Part shown: positions 17,554 through 19,564 of the stretch, in pieces
How positions within the stretch are numbered: position 1 is the stretch's first letter
Layout of the letters: the number at the start of each line of letters is the position of its first letter
Source: Spizellomyces punctatus DAOM BR117
Lineage: Eukaryota
Assembly (NCBI GenBank): GCA_000182565.2
Contig: KQ257451.1
DNA: 19,564 bases
Strand: one strand, 5' to 3'
The notes under the pieces: generated by a model
The model's input: only the letters and a program-made list of their open reading frames with translations
What the model was told of the DNA's origin: nothing
Databases searched by the model: none
Program-made: the position numbers and the translations under genes

Positions 17554-18815
17554 TCACAGGCGTGCCGTCTTGTCAGAATAGGGGACGACCACGAACCCCA
17601 ATCTGGGAAAGTGAACATCCGTCTCAAAGCCCAATTCTTGATTTTCGACTCTCACCACGACCTCTGCTTGATCCAACTTGACCAACTTTCCAACAACCGG
17701 TACCCTTCCCGTGTCATCAGGGGTGACCACCACCAACCCGCCAATCTGCCGGCCCACTTCATCCGGCTCACTCTTTCCAATAGCATCCACCCCCTTCCGT
17801 ACCCTCCGGGCAACGTCCAACGCTTCTTCAGCCGTGATGGGTTTCCCCAATGACGAAGGACGCCCAATGAGGCCATAAAGCCTCTGATACCATTCCAAAA
17901 CCTTTTTCACATCTCCATACGAACCATCCTCAAGCCGCTTTCGTTCGTCAGGAAAGGTCCGCAAAAACCACACACACATGACGGCATGAATATCCGCAGT
18001 CGTCGGACGGGGTGTATCCAAAATGAATGAACGTCCATCAGAGAGCTGAGCGTTAATGGTTGACAGCGAGATACGAACTTGGTCCCGAGCAATCGGACGA
18101 TTTTCTTTTGCTTTTTCCACCGAGATTTGTGAACGGTTCGAGAATTTCGCGCGGTCGGACAGAAAGACTGGTGGGAGGCTTTCGTAGGGTAGGAGAGCAA
18201 CAGCGTTCTAAAAAAGAAAAAGAATATTCCAATAAGTCAACACAGAGTCATGTTCACATCTTTTACCTCATACATACCGGAAAAAAGTGTTTATCACACC
18301 ACATCCGATACGCAAACTCCAAAGCACCATCGACATTCCCCTTTTGATCTTTGGGCAAAAGACTAGGTTCCGGAAACCGTCTCTCCAATTCCTCCAAAAT
18401 CAATGCCGTATCGCAGTATATATCCGCTCCTGAATTTCAAAGCAGAGTCAATATAACTTTAGTCTTGACGAAAACTTGCCACCCTTTTGTGAATTTCTCT
18501 TTATACTGACCTATTTGCAGAATGGGAATCTTTCGATACCCTCCTGCCAACGGTATCGTCGCCTTTCGCGGCTGTAGCAACAAAAAGCCCTAGATGAGTC
18601 TTTGAGACATACTCTTATCAACAACAACAAGTACACACCGGGTACGGCGGAACAATCAACGACCGGAATGGAATACCCTTCAATGCCAACGCCAAGATAA
18701 TCTTTTGAGCATAGGGCGATGCATGGTAATGGTGCTGTTTTCTAAAAGTCAGATCCCTGCAAATAAAAGGCCAAAAACCCTAAAAGTTCCTTACTAGAAT
18801 GACTTCTTCTGACAT
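17554..18815 (-). CDS. Glutathione S-transferase-like protein with an extra beta-rich C-terminal domain (..VHFPRLGF..) and C-terminal ARL, 327 aa. Exons 18815-18795, 18734-18639, 18571-18511, 18429-18278, 18207-17554
   Basis: Four GT-AG introns (60, 67, 81, 70 nt) give MSEEVIL|HHYHASPYAQKIILALALKGIPF..PPYP|PRKATIPLAGGYRKIPILQIG|ADIYCDTALILEELERRFPEP (GST N-terminal thioredoxin fold). PTTADI is the GST-C N-capping box. Total 984 nt in frame. Confidence 0.92.
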
Positions 18816-19372
18816 GGTTTCTTGATTGGGCTTTGGTCCCTTTTGATGATGGGTATGGGTTATTTTTACAAAGTTACGTTGGAGTGTGCGTTGCAGTATT
18901 TAAAATGAAAGCAAATGCGAGATGGATAATTCAAACGTCCGCACCCGGAGATCACGACCCTCGTACAAAAAGCGCATGCTTTTAACATTTGTTAATTAAC
19001 TAATGCTTACTTACTTAATCCCAAATCTATTCATATGCATCTCTGAATGTGTGGAATAAATCGACTGGTCCATGCCTTTCATTCCTGTTCATGTAGGGCC
19101 AAAAAAAAGTTTGGACAAGAGAGTCACACTACCAAATGCTGACCTTTCATCAGAGTAGCAACAAACTGTGTCGACTCCCTCAACTCTAAATATTACAACC
19201 ACATTCCCTTTCCGGTGCTGCAACCACAAAATAAAAAATGAATGTATTATTTCCCAGCTCACAAAGCAACTCTTGCAATAATCATATCTTGTCTGTATTC
19301 TACACAAAAAATCCCATTATATACACACAATTTAAAAAATTTTCTCAGTTAAATACGATAAAAAAAATGCGT

Positions 19373-19564
19373 TCATATCACATCCTGCAATCTCTGTAAA
19401 ATCCTTGTCAAATGCTCTTGATCACGCAGTTTGATTTGGACAGTCATAACGGGTTCATCTCCTCCAGACCCTGCAGATGGTCGAATGATTTGGACGGATA
19501 GAGCTTGCGGTATGGGCATGGAAGGCTGCGATGACACAGGTGACATGGCCTGTTCCGGTGGTGT
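19373..19564 (-). CDS. 3' end of an unknown protein (partial; the gene runs off the right edge)
   Basis: Open frame from the window edge: TPPEQAMSPVSSQPSMPIPQALSVQIIRPSAGSGGDEPVMTVQIKLRDQEHLTRILQRLQDVI*. The stop TGA at 19375-19373 is followed by an abrupt shift to AT-rich, 3'-UTR-like sequence. Confidence 0.65.
   Translation of the reverse strand, partial: TPPEQAMSPVSSQPSMPIPQALSVQIIRPSAGSGGDEPVMTVQIKLRDQEHLTRILQRLQDVI

Noticed and set aside
19089-19307. 72-aa minus-strand ORF between the GST gene and the edge fragment
   Set aside because: Non-ATG start, AT-rich UTR/promoter-like context and no recognisable motifs.

Overview
Gene-dense eukaryotic genomic DNA. It is most likely fungal, possibly an early-diverging lineage such as a chytrid; this is inferred from short 60-81 nt GT-AG introns and the gene content. 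Manual splicing gives eight complete protein-coding genes and one 3' fragment: (+) HSL-family alpha/beta hydrolase, 6 exons; (-) universal stress protein (USP), 4 exons; (+) Yvh1/DUSP12-like protein with a disrupted catalytic CX5R loop, 3 exons; (-) intronless PB1...UBA protein resembling p62/NBR1 but without a ZZ finger; (-) an 82-aa CsbD-like hydrophilin with 4 exons that the ORF track misses; (-) NAD kinase, 2 exons; (+) His/Asn-type GMC oxidoreductase, 2 exons; (-) GST-like protein ending in a PTS1-type tripeptide (ARL), 5 exons; and (-) the 3' end of an unknown gene at the right edge. I found no RNA genes, mobile elements or CRISPR arrays. The best leads are the Yvh1-like pseudophosphatase, the ZZ-less PB1-UBA adaptor with internal duplications, and the hidden CsbD-like gene. 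A shared stress/redox theme across the window is only a hypothesis.
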